A DNA stretch of 61,756 bases, the filler included, from Basidiobolus ranarum (lineage: Eukaryota): the NCBI GenBank assembly GCA_040143965.1. It is 13 parts of 13 records of this genome, joined end to end, with 100 filler letters (N's around TTAATTAATTAA, not from the genome) between each part and the next. Parts side by side here need not be neighbours in the genome. Positions count along the whole stretch, not along the records: positions 33,365 to 38,022 come from JASJQH010008752.1; positions 38,123 to 42,775 come from JASJQH010008753.1; positions 42,876 to 47,523 come from JASJQH010008754.1; positions 47,624 to 52,270 come from JASJQH010008755.1; 9 more parts are not named here. The stretch is one strand, 5' to 3'. Position 1 is the first letter of the stretch. Every line of letters starts with the position of its first letter. The notes beneath the pieces are model-generated. The model searched no databases and had not been told where the DNA came from. It was given only the letters and a program-made list of their open reading frames with translations. Positions 36,621-49,295 of the stretch are shown piece after piece. Position numbers and translations under genes: made by a program.

Positions 36621-38277
36621 ACTATCTATCATCGATTATAGTAAACAGCTTAGAGCTGTATGTTTTATTAGAGGCCAAATCTAATGTGTGGTATGTGAAT
36701 TTGCTCAGAAAAATGCATACCTGCAAATAGAGGTCTAGAGTTAAACCAAGCAGGTATATGATATATTTTCTTATACAAAAGCATTCAAGTGACACAAGAT
36801 CTACCACAGAATAGACGCCTGTAGAAAATTGTATTTCAGATGCCAAAAACGATAGCCTGGGTACTTATCTTCGCAAAACCTCAGTGTGCAATCTGTAGGA
36901 ACGTCAAAAATTTAAATGCTGTGAAATAATGCCACTCCTTACCAATTGGAGTAAATGTGATGCCATCCGGTTAGGTAATATACCGCGACACTAGCATTGA
37001 AGGTGTGCGTATAGTTTTGACACTCTTCGATAGTGAACTAGTAAACTACAAGTTGTATCGAATGTAGAAATCAGTAATGGAGATGTGTTGATTGGGCAAA
37101 TTTATTTAATTCACGCAGTATCTTACTATGTTTTCATATCAAAACGGGTTATACTGTTGGTCAGATTATATTAATATTAAAGATTGCTCGGCGATTTTTC
37201 CTTGTATGTGGTGGATAATTAGTAGTGATTGGTGAACTCAATACGCTAACGGCGGTTTGATAAACTTCATCTCGGAGCTAATTTACCCATTCCGACTTGA
37301 AGCTGTGTGATGTTCGCACCACTCCTATCTAGGAAGCTGTACTGTAGATCAAGAAATCAATATCTAATTTACGATATCACTGATTAGCTTAGACTAGGTC
37401 CATTAGAGGCTGAGATAAAATTAGTTACCAATACAGTTCTAGTGCATGCTCGAGGTCAACCATTTATTTCTAATAGCATTGGTGAGCATTTCTTTTTATA
37501 TTTCGAAGCACTATTGGTTGATCCTTTAAATGAAAATGGTCAGCATCCAATCTCAGACCTTGAGTAGAGCTTCATGTGCGATTTAATATCCACGATTGAC
37601 TAGTAATGTTCGAATAAGCTACACCTCTTATCTTCAAGTAGCAAGTGATGGAATCATTTATTGTGACGATACCTAATATTAAATTCAACCGAACTCTCGG
37701 GTTCCCTCCAATGGTAAGAAATACCATGCACATGTGTGATCTCTGGGGAGTTTGGTACCAGAAACCATTACAATTCTCTCTTGGGAACCATTCCGCTTCC
37801 TATTATCCTAATGGCTTATCCTTACCGAGGCGAGATCCCATGTATCATTGCTAACGAAGGCTATTCCCGCGAGGAAATGATCATACGTTAAATAAATACC
37901 GCCAAAGGATTATAATTCATTAATCAATTCATCTAGAGTTGGATTGTTGATTGGCCTCCTCAATAGTCCACATTCGATCCATATTGAAATATGAAAAAGC
38001 GATCATTCGTTCTAAGGTATAGNNNNNNNNNNNNNNNNNNNNNNNNNNNNNNNNNNNNNNNNNNNNTTAATTAATTAANNNNNNNNNNNNNNNNNNNNNN
38101 NNNNNNNNNNNNNNNNNNNNNNCACTACAGATAGATGTTGACAAAATTTCTTTACTCTCGTTCAAGTATTCTTATTTCCAACTAGTGAAAAAGGTGTAGT
38201 AGCTCATACGATACACATAGTCCACGTTATACAGTCCTCAATAGAAGAGAGGTTGAAATATTCTAAAATTAAACCAC

Positions 38278-41200
38278 ATGCCGGTCTTTGAGCAAGTTCT
38301 GGTAAATGCTGCAAAGGACTTTGCCACAGGGGATTTAAAGGTAACCAGTCATTTCTCTGAACAGAAGAACGTTTGTGTTGAACTAAAGTCGGGCACTTCT
38401 GAACTTATTTGTTAGAGCGGTTATGGGAATTACCTAAAAGCTGCTGTTACTTTGATTCATCAACTTTCCGAGGAAGTAGTATTTGAGGCTAAAGGTATGT
38501 ACACCATTTTCTAGTATTTAAACTCAAATGAGTGAAAGGATTATTTGTATTATGCTACCATTGCCAAATAGCTAAACTAAGCCTATGCTATTACCAGACA
38601 GAGTTACTCCGCTATCAGACCATGTTTACAATCTTTTTACACTATCCCACAAATGTCTTCAAACTGCCGAAGAGATCATTCGAAGTCAAACTATTATCTC
38701 ACCAGATACATTTTTGTCAACTTCTTTTGAAAGTGAACTTGTAGTTTCTCGTTCTGATGAGGAAAATGCTATCCTTATTGAAACTACCCTTCCCCTCATC
38801 CCACTATCCCCACTAATTCAGATGTCAATCATTTATTCCAATTCACTCGCTTCTTCTAGTCACAAATTAGCACTGATTAACCATTCAAAGCAGTCCAGAA
38901 CTTCAGAGAGCTTGCACCGACTCACCGAAGATGTGGATATTCATCGGAGTAATCTTGATACTGTCAATACCCAAATACAATCGGTAACTGATGTATTGAT
39001 AACTATGTGGAGCCCAGATGCTATTGCGAAGCAATTGACCATTATTGAAACTCAATTGTTTGGCCAAGTAGTTATCCCAGACGATCTGATTCCTTCAGAA
39101 GTTACATCCCCGAGTGTACAAGGGTGTCTGGATTTCCACAGATATATTGAATCTAGTTTTACGCATCAAATCATTGCAGGTTCTGAGGTGAGCACTAGCA
39201 TATCCGACACTCCCGACACCCCCGACACTCATCGTTCAAATATCATCATTCATATTATCCATACCGCCTATCAATTACTTCATACATACCGAAATTTCAA
39301 CAGTTTTGCTGGTGTTGTAAAAGCACTGACCAACATAGAAGTTCTCCGATTGAGTAAATCTTGGAAACTAGTTCCGCATAAAATGAAGCAAATGTTAAAT
39401 GATTTGATAATGCTTACAAAGTCAAAAGAGAATTATACTGAATATCAATTATGGTTAGAAACAATACTGAATCAATTGGATCCTGGAGTTCCTTGGATGG
39501 AGCGACATGTGCATAGCATCGTTCACTCGATCAATAGGAATAACGAACATGATCCTTTGGAATCTATGAAAATATTATCTCGACTTCAAAAAATTCCACC
39601 CTCATCAATCAAGACACAACAAGGACGCAAGAGCTTACAAAATGATCTTTCTCTAGACTTACAACATAATGGCAACGATCTTGGATTGCACCATTGGCTA
39701 CTCTCTAGAGTATTTATGAATCGTTATCAATTGTGGGAGGAAAGTGTGGAGTATGAAAGATTGCGTAAAGATGAGATAATTCCGAAATTTATGAAAGATG
39801 GACAAGTGGTTGAAGTGGAAGTAAGCGGACTGATTGAAAGCGAAGATACACAAGAGTTCACTAACATTGAAGATTTGACTCGATTTTTCCCCAACGAAGG
39901 AGAAGCATCTGTCATGAGTTTTGAGCAAATAGAATCTGTGGACGATATTCTTACTTATTTAGACCAGGAAGTGGTTGAGCCAATCCCAGCGAAAATCGAA
40001 GAGGAGACTGAGATATCAACTCCAAATGTTAACGCGTTTCCTTCTTCTCCTCTATCTCCGTTGCCCAGCTCCTTGAGAATTCAAAATATGACGCAAAATC
40101 CTACACAGGAAATAGAAGATATTGAAGATGCGTGGGACAATATTTCTATCCCTTCAATAGACGAATGTGATAGCAAGAAGCCTGAAATCGCCTCGCCATA
40201 TCTTTCCGAAACTTCACTTACTGATGAGCATAGCCTTCCTCAGAGTTCGCCGTTCACTTACGGTGACATCTCTGAGGAAAAGTTAATGCCATTAGAGAAA
40301 CAAGTGCCGACATCCTCTGATTTCATTACCAGTGTTGATGTGGAGTCCTCATTTCCCTTTCAACCTATGAATTTTTCGGATAATCCATGGGACAGTTTCT
40401 TGGAAGGAGAGAGTTCTTTAGGGATTCATTTACCTAGTGTTGCCACCAATCCTCACGAATCTTCACCACATAAAGAGCCAGAGAATATTCATTCTACTCC
40501 CAAATTCTCATTCATTGCCAGATCATTCGATGATGATGATCTGCTAGATAGTACTTGGATGAGATTAGAATTACCTACTTCAAGTTACTTGCCATATAGC
40601 TTCAGTCCCTCTTCTGTGGTTTCAGAAATCGATGACCAAGCACAACATGAGAATTTGATTGAATTTGACCAACACAATATTGACTTGAATAAGCCCACTT
40701 CCGCTATTCCTCAAGTGCATGAACTGTCCGAAGAAACGTATGACTTAAATTACCAAGAGGAATGTGAGGAACAATCAGCCAACACAATTAGTTTCAAAGC
40801 AGAAGGTGATGAAGAAATAATCGAGGATCAAGAGAAACTTACAAGAATAGAATCGAAGGTTGACGTCGCTGAGATAGCCGATGATGCTTGCTCAGAAAGT
40901 CTTGAAGTCATATCTGAAGACGGGGATTTTGTAGAGATATCTAGTTTAAAAAGTCACCAAGGTCCTTTAGTGCCTAGTATATCGAATGAACTCGATGAAG
41001 CAGCATCTTTATCTTCTGATGGCTTACCCACTGAAGTTGTTATCGCTCAGTCAGAGAAGCATATTGAATCATTAGAGAGGACTTCTCTTGTTCAAGTTGC
41101 CGAAGAAAAAAATCGCCACCCGGAACACAGTACAAACCAAGAGATGCTAGTTACCAGCGATATAGAAATGGAGAGAAAACCTAACCAAGAATGTAATATA

Positions 41201-42775
41201 GATACTCCAATAGGAAATGCGAACATAAAGACTCTTTTCTTTGACAATAAGCCAGAGTTACCGGCATTTGATTTTGAAGGCTTACCTGGAGAAGATTTGA
41301 TTCACGAAGACCTTGGCCCTTTCAGTGATTCGCATGCTGTGGAAGAGCTGTTGACATTTGACATTGAGAATTATAACCCCTCTACCGCTATCGTCACTCA
41401 AGATGAGGAATCTTGCATCTCAGAAATAAGTATTAAGGACAGTGAACATCTACCCGAAGTTAACACTGAAATCAATCAAGGAAATCTAGATTCTGAAGAA
41501 AATCGTACTGGAGAGCAATCGGAGTATGCTTCAAACACCTCAATTTCAGGATATCATGAAGTAAATCAATCTGTCGAATCCGAATCCGAGTCCAATCCAG
41601 TCTTGGTAGAGATACCAGCCATCGAGTATAATATCGTGGATACTTCCAAAGCAGCCACCAATTCTGAGTTGGATTGTAGCACGCCATTAGATGTAGAGAT
41701 GCCAACCGCTGAAATCCTTCAGACGCTAGATGAAGATGATACAGACATTCCATCTAATGATGTTCAGATTGTCGATTTGCTTGAGTTTAATGATTCCAAA
41801 GAGCCAATGATCATGAACTCAGTACTAGACATGGAATCTGAGCCAACTAAAGGTTTGGAATCTTTCAGTGAGAGCAAACTGATTCCTGAGTGCATAGAGG
41901 AGACATCGAGCAAGGAAATGGAGCATCTGTTTAAGAGAGAACTTTCCAGCAATGATTTCGATGTAAGGAAAAGCCTATTTGATATTCAGTATGGCGAATT
42001 AGCGCAAGCATCATTGACCTTAGTTGATACTTCACCGCCACTAGAGAAACTTATAGGTATTTCGGATGACATAGTTGGTAAAGCATGGTCAATTCATCAG
42101 ATAGATGCCGAAATGTCCTCTTCCCTAGATCAAGCTCATCATAACGCTTATATTTTATCTTCGAAAATCCTTGAAAATTCCAATATTGAAACAAATAAGA
42201 TATCGATGCAGGAGATCAGTCAAAATACTCTCTCTGAAGACGTTCTTGATCCTATCATACTAGATGATTGCGACTCTAATTCGGATTCCAAGGAAATATC
42301 TCCGTTTGACGATTCTTTTATGATCACTGGAGAGGACCTCCTGGATGATCCAGAATCAATAGTGCAACATGAAATGTTAGTTGCTGATACTTCCAGTAGA
42401 GTAAATCTAATTCCAGGCTCAGTGATCCCTCAATTAATGGAAATGTTGCACCAAGATGTGATAGAAAATTCGAAAGACGAATCCTATGCGTACCTCATTA
42501 GTGATTCGGAAGATGAAGCAACTGATGGTGAGCCTTTGATGGAGGGGCCGTTAGGAGAAAGAGAACATTTAATTGACTTGGATAATCATTGCGACCCAGT
42601 ATGCGACTCAGTATGCGATCTGGTGTCGGCTAGTGAGGTTCCATTAATCATGGCTACAACAGCTAATGATGATGACATCCCCAGAGACATCGATGAACAG
42701 GCAATATCAGACGCTAGTACTCAAGCTACTGCTGATGACTTGGAGAAATCAGACTTTAAGCTTTTCTTCCCAGAG
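38278..42775 (+). CDS. RasGEF (CDC25-type) domain protein with MIT-like N-terminus and >1000-aa acidic disordered tail (3' truncated, at least 1440 aa)
   Basis: Exons 38278-38340, 38416-38494 and 38598 to contig end. RasGEF motifs WSPDAIAKQLTIIETQLF, RSNII..I.TA..L..YRNFNSFAGVVKAL..VLRLSKSW, NYTEY, PGVPWM. Confidence 0.85.
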
Positions 42776-42875
42776 NNNNNNNNNNNNNNNNNNNNNNNNN
42801 NNNNNNNNNNNNNNNNNNNTTAATTAATTAANNNNNNNNNNNNNNNNNNNNNNNNNNNNNNNNNNNNNNNNNNNN

Positions 42876-45162
42876 AACCTTGTTAGCAAAGTCCCCTAAT
42901 CCGCGTCAAAAAAAACAAAACCCCATCTCTTTCAAAGATGGAGCTTTTGAATAGGTTGTGAATGCGCTACCTGATGGTTCAACAGCTTCCTCATCAGTAA
43001 TATGACTCATTTCCAATATTGGTGAGAGCTCACCAGTCTTGACACCTACATCTGGATCATTCCAAAATATCTCACGTTCTTCTACACTCGTTTCAGAGCT
43101 CAAGAGTTCGGGTTTATCTGATGATGCGCTTACATCTTTTTCATTTGACAGTGCATTATCAGGAGCATTGACTTTGACGGAAGTATTGTTAGATGTTTGG
43201 GACTACGAATATGAATTAGGCAAATGGATTTATGTAAACAAAGTTAGTAAGTTGGCATACCTCGCTTAGATTATCACCAGATTGGATACTTTGAGTATCT
43301 GAGGTATCTGTACAAGAGTCGTTTGCGACCGATAATGTATCTCCCAATCCGTTATCTCCTTCAGAACCCAAATTCCTATTTTTTCTTCTTTCTCGTCTTT
43401 TGTTCTGGACGTATTTTTCTAACTCTCCGAACATAGTATTGCCTATAGCAAGGGATCCTTCAGGTGTGGTAGGTACAGTTAATGGTCTTCCCGCTTTCTC
43501 CTGAATCTGGCCCCAGCATGGTGCTGTCAATGGTGCAGAGCTACAATAGACCTCAAGGCCATCTTGTTGAGAATACCCATAATCTGGGTGCTCCAAATTT
43601 GCTTGATGGAAAGAGTCCGTTAATCCAGAGTAGTTTTCATCTAGACTCGCATACATATTGTTTAGTGAATCAAAGGATAGGTGTCCAAAGTGTAAATCTT
43701 CCAATTTGGCTCTTAACATCGAAGATTCATTACGAGTCTCCGTTAAAAGTTCGCAACATTCGGCAACTTCGGATTTTAGTTTAATATTTTCTTCAGTAAG
43801 CTCTCTTAGTATCGACACTATCGCATCGTTCTCTTCGCCTTCATCGTATGGTTGATCTAGCATTCTAGATTCCAACTTTACAACTCAAGGAGTCAGCAAG
43901 ATAATAGTGTGATAGCGAAATGTGTTATGAAAATAGATTACATATGATACATGTTCACGAAGTTTTTCATTAGAGTCTCGCAGCCATGAAAGTGCTTCAT
44001 ATTTTTCACGCTCATAGGTTAGATCTTGATGTTCAATCAAAAGATGCTCATGTACCTCTTCCAGCTCATCTATCAAGAATAACGCATATTAGGTCAAAAG
44101 TCAATTAAACTATTCAATAAATACATATATTTACTGTAAGATTCCTTTAAGGTTCGAATTTTTGTTAGACTAGCTGCCTCTGACTCACGTGATCGATCCA
44201 GTTCTTGTTGTAAGTTGACAGCCTTATATTGACAAAAGTTACAAATTCATATATATTCGTGTCCAAAATAGCCAATGTATAATTACCTTTTCTTTCCACT
44301 CCTCCACTTTTACCGTTGATTGACGTACTCTGACCATCTCAGAACGTAATTTTTCATTGATTTGAGCCTTTTCCTCTACATCTAGACATAATTCCCTAGC
44401 ACGCTGATTAGCCTCTTCTAAATCATTAGAGACAGCCAATAGAGTCTAAAATAGTTAGATTATATGAAAGAAGTCGATGAGTAAAGTTTTAATAGAAAGT
44501 ATAGAATTCCATTAGTAAGTGGGTACCTTTTCCATTTTCAAGTTGGTTACATAGAGATTATCTCGTGATTCTTCTAGAGTGTCTAGATCACTCTTCAGTT
44601 GCTGCATCATCAGAAGCACTTCTTGAACCTCAATATCTTTCTTGTTGCACTAAAAAGAAAAGAAAATCCGACAACTGTTTAGAATCGCCAACTGATGAGT
44701 AGAGACACTGTAAAAGGGGTAACCTCTTGAAGGGTGACTTCTAAAGTGAAGTTCAAGTTTTGAAGTTGTATTTCATGCTTCAAGAGAATCGCATTACTTA
44801 TATCTGAACAATAGAAGATACAATTAGTTCGGCTACGACTCTTTTATATATAAAAATTATCTACCTGCTAAAAGTTTAAGTTGGGAGTCTTTATCGTGGA
44901 TGGACTGGCTCCACTCACGAAAATTGCCACACCCTACTACACCACAACAACAATAATATTTTCTTGACTGTGATACTGAGTGCTCTTGAGTCAACTTTGA
45001 TTTTTCTAATATTGGGGACGTAATGGCCCCTATAAATATGAACAGGAGTAGAGTTCAGTGAAAACCTTACTTAGTTTGATTCCTTGATATACACTACTCA
45101 CGGAACTTCTCAACCAGTTGCTGGTCGTCTAACTCCAGCAAATTTGGCAAAGAGTCCGTCAT
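42876..45162 (-). CDS. Multi-exon coiled-coil protein with CCCG..C motif, CC1-box-like and Spindly-motif-like segments (3' end uncertain)
   Basis: Exons 45162-45102, 45029-44865, 44803-44724, 44649-44527, 44445-44287, 44222-44135, 44069-43951, 43875-43261 and 43202 onward; all GT-AG and phase-consistent; long heptad pattern. Confidence 0.8.
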
Positions 45163-47303
45163 TTTCGGATATCAGACTCTGCTCGAATTTGAATATTAAG
45201 TTTAATGTATGAAGCAAGAACAGTTAGATAAAAGGCAAGTGTAATAAGAAAATGGAGTCAAGGTGGAGCAAATGAATATTTACGGATAGAAATATCTTAA
45301 AAAGAAAGGATATAATGAATATCGGAGTCAGTTAAGGAGGAGGGATGAAAAAGTGAAAGACAAGGGTTAAAATACTCTCGAGTTTAGCCAGGAAAGGGGC
45401 GAGGATGTTTGGAGTGGAACATTCAAATTACTTCGAGTTCAAAATATAAGAATAAAGCTCAATAGAAAAATCCAATTGATGCATCATTCTGTTCAATGCT
45501 CAGTTTGCTTGAGTTTCGGAGATAATCTTACTTAAATTCAATGGAAAGGAATAGGTCTGGTCGAGTGAGTTGATCATGAATTGCAACATTGGTCAGGTTG
45601 TATTGCACATTGACTTGAGCAATCAGAACATGTGCAGTCTATGTTTTCGAAATAACAGCGTGGAATGGAGAGTCTGCAGGCAAATACACTAGTCGAATTA
45701 TGCTATGGTCAGATTCCACGATCAAGTGCCCATATTATTTTAGTACAGGAAGAGTGAATATTTTCTGAGTTTTTTGAATGATAGCATCCTCAGAATAGAA
45801 CTTCCGTGTAATCCTTCGACTCATTAGAAGTTATCATAATTTCATGTGAATACGAAAAGATCCAAATTGTACTCATCTCTTACCTGATGAAGTGAAACGG
45901 ACCCATGCATTCATTGAGTATAGTGACATACATGGGTGAGTGAGGGATCCTAACTGGATTAACAAGGCTTGGATAGATGGTTCAAGTGTGGCATTACTGA
46001 AATGAAATAGGTACTAATCTACTTGGTGCAGGTACTACTCAAGTAACCTAACTTCCTACATATCGACCTACTTCAATTGGCTGTTGGTCTACAGGTTGTA
46101 ATTCGTTGAGGGACCAATACATTATTGAAGTCAAGTACCCTTTAGGATCTGTGAGGCGACTACTTCTATGGACATGTCAATATATGTATACAATTAAGCT
46201 ACCATGATACTGTGCGTGTTACCGACTTTTCATCCATTCTGTTTCACTTCTCAATTTCTGTTGATAGCACGTCATTGAACCATATGCCAATCTACTAGGT
46301 AAACTCTTGCTAACACCAGTCTAGAGCGAAGGTGTAATAACCTGTAACTTCAACACCTGCTAAGAATAACCGGTCACATCGACATCTACGAAGCGATCAT
46401 TGATTTAATGTACCCAACGAGGGCTAAAAAAATCGAATATCTTACGCCAAATGAAGTGTCTGAAGCAGCGAAGGTACTGCGAATAGCCAGTTCTATTTTC
46501 GTAGATACATCAAGACAATGACTGCTTATGTTGAATTATCGACAGTTCTAGATCCCTCAAACTCACAGACATCCTGAAGTTATAGACACTTGTGCCCTCA
46601 ATGGGGCTGTAAAATATAGTTCACACGATGTAGATATTTCGCTCTCAACAGGTAAACCTGGCTCAACAATACCACCATCCACACGCTGGCATATGCTACA
46701 AACAAATGCACCGTACATTATATTCGAAACAAATACGAGTTGAAGCAATATTCCGGGCAAGTATTTTACTAAATGACAATCATTGGATCTTCACATGATT
46801 GATTGTCTCTTACATCTTGGAATTGGACATGGCCATTTTACAGGCTGCACTGTTGATTTGTATTGATGATTACCAAGATGCGCCCACTAGCTACACCTCA
46901 TTCTTCTGGTAAAATAGACTAATTATGTAACAGGATTTCTCCTGCAGCGGAGACAGGAGCCCTCTTACCTAACAGTGTTTCAATAGTCTACCGAAAAGAT
47001 CCTTACCCCATTCTCAAAATGTAGGCTCTGAGCACGCGAAATTCCATTCTCACAATTGTGATCTGAACCTTGAGTCGCATCTTTGAACACAGGTTTGCAT
47101 AAGTCCCATCCAATATAAATGAAGGAAATCCTTCTAGATTACAAGTTCAAAATAATCAATTCGGCTCGGAAAGAATCTTTCATCAACCAAGCATCAAGTA
47201 GATATACCTTGTATCATTACCATACTTAGGAGAAAGCATCTTCCCTTCCTTTCAAGTGCACTGATATTTCTCCTAGTGGTAATTACTGGTTTGCTGTAGC
47301 AAA

Positions 47304-47523
47304 ATGGAGTTCAAAAGTCTTGACGTACTAGCTGCCAGAAGAAATTCATCCCCATCTTTCATGAACAATATTGAGAAGTCAAAATGTAAGCGACTTTTTC
47401 GACTATCTAGTCTTCATTTTGGTGAGAAGCGACCTGATGGTTTAGATGGTCCGGAGAAGTTACCAACCTCAATAAGCTTTGATACCAAGTCCGATCTTGA
47501 AAGAATGAAATCCAGCAAGATGG
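47304..47523 (+). CDS. Possible 5' fragment of an unknown gene
   Basis: ATG in aaaATG context, open to the contig end; no family motif recognised. Confidence 0.35.
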
Positions 47524-48235
47524 NNNNNNNNNNNNNNNNNNNNNNNNNNNNNNNNNNNNNNNNNNNNTTAATTAATTAANNNNNNNNNNNNNNNNNNNNN
47601 NNNNNNNNNNNNNNNNNNNNNNNGTGTTCCTTGAATGTTTTTCTTTCATCTACCTTAGAGTCGTGTAGCAATGGCAAATGACTTGCCACCAGAAGACTTG
47701 GTGGATGAACCTACCTAGTCCTCTTCCCGTCGAGTACGTGTCTGACAATAAGAAATCTTCTAGAGGGAGTTCAACTTTGTGAATGCCAATAAATGTGCAG
47801 TAACATTTTAGCGCGTTTCAGGTATATTGTCTACTTGGTGCTTCTACGATCCATTCAATCTCAGCCATGTATTACGCAAAGCTGCTCACGATTGAATTTA
47901 GCCTAAAGCCAAAACAAAATCTCCTCATCTGTATGAATAATGCGTGGGGTTTCACCTTGCATGATTCTTTGATTATCCAACAAGAAGACCACTTGATCCG
48001 AATACCCTGGAGACGATTTTCGTATGCTAACTGGTTCAAGAACAGGCTCTATATTAGTGAATTTTTATGGCTGCGAGTAAATTCATATGTATTCAATCTT
48101 GTTTGAGATACTTCCTGATAGCTTAAATAGCCGAGTCCCACACAGTGAAGAACTTAAATTTTTGGGTTGAAGCTGCTTCCCTGTACTATTCTTCTCCTAT
48201 TCCTTTTAGATTTAGAGTAGACTTCCTTTACCTCG

Positions 48236-49295
48236 ATGCCTTTGAATATTCTCAAGGTGAAAATCCATGTTCCTCAAGAAACAATCAATCTCTTTGGAAG
48301 TCCGGAAGAATCGAATGGGAGTGTTCTGAGGGGCACAGTTCTCATCAAAGCTTACAAGAACATAAAGATCCACTTGCTAACCATAAAGTTTGACGGTTGG
48401 ACCGTATCCAACGGGCCATTAGGTAAACCTCAACAATCTTTTTGCATCATTCCCCACCCACTTTTGCTCACATCACCCCTTTTATCGATTCGTAGGCATC
48501 CAAACTTTCAGGAAGTCCAAGAAATCCTTGACCAGTAGTCAGATGAATCTTCTTGAGCCAGAAAGAGTCCCACTGCATGTAAAGAAAGGGATCCATTCTT
48601 TTCCTTTCGAATTTGCGATAGATGGAATGTCACTAGAGACGGTGCGTACTCGTTACTTTAAGACCAAATATTTCTTGACAGCACAAGTGAAGCGGACAGT
48701 ATTCCCCACCATCACCTCAACCTACGAGGTGCCAATAAACCGGTTACCCCTAGAGATCCCACTAGGAGAACCGGGATTCATATCGATTCAGGAAAATTGG
48801 GAAAGTTACATCAAGTACAAGATTCAATCTAACAAGAACACCTATCATGTGGATGATTTCATAACGTTGAATTATACATTCCGCCCACTATTGGATACTC
48901 TGGAAGTGAGTACTATCTATCATTACTTGGTAGAGTATGTCACCTATTACAAGCACAAAACTGGCCCTTCAACTACTAAAGAGCGTACCATACTACTGAG
49001 GACATGCCAACTCAATCGTCGTTTAGAAGGTGAATCCTTTGTTCTGACCCGGCCAGAGTACATACCAAGCCCGCAACCAGATGTTGACAACGAGCATATT
49101 CAAGTCAAACATAAATTACACATGGTATTTGTCTTGAAATGTGGCGATGTTCAAAACTCAATTACTGTTACCACACCGATCCACTTGATTAATGGAAACG
49201 AGTCACCATGTCATCTGCCAACGTACCAAGAATCGCAAATATCGGGTGCGGTTTATGTTCCACCACCCTCCTATAACACCCTTGTTTGTAACTAA
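48236..49295 (+). CDS. Alpha-arrestin (Rsp5/Nedd4 adaptor), 328 aa, 1 intron
   Basis: Exons 48236-48422 and 48496-49295. LFGSPEESNGSVLRGTV, GIHSFPFEF..G..ETV..Y.LTA.V.R, I.VKHKL; C-terminal PY motifs LPTY and PPSY. Confidence 0.9.

Noticed and set aside
42590-42625. 12-bp tandem repeat (CDPVCDSVCDLV) and 9-bp repeat near 39205 (SDTPDTPDT)
   Set aside because: Ordinary in-frame slippage within disordered coding sequence.
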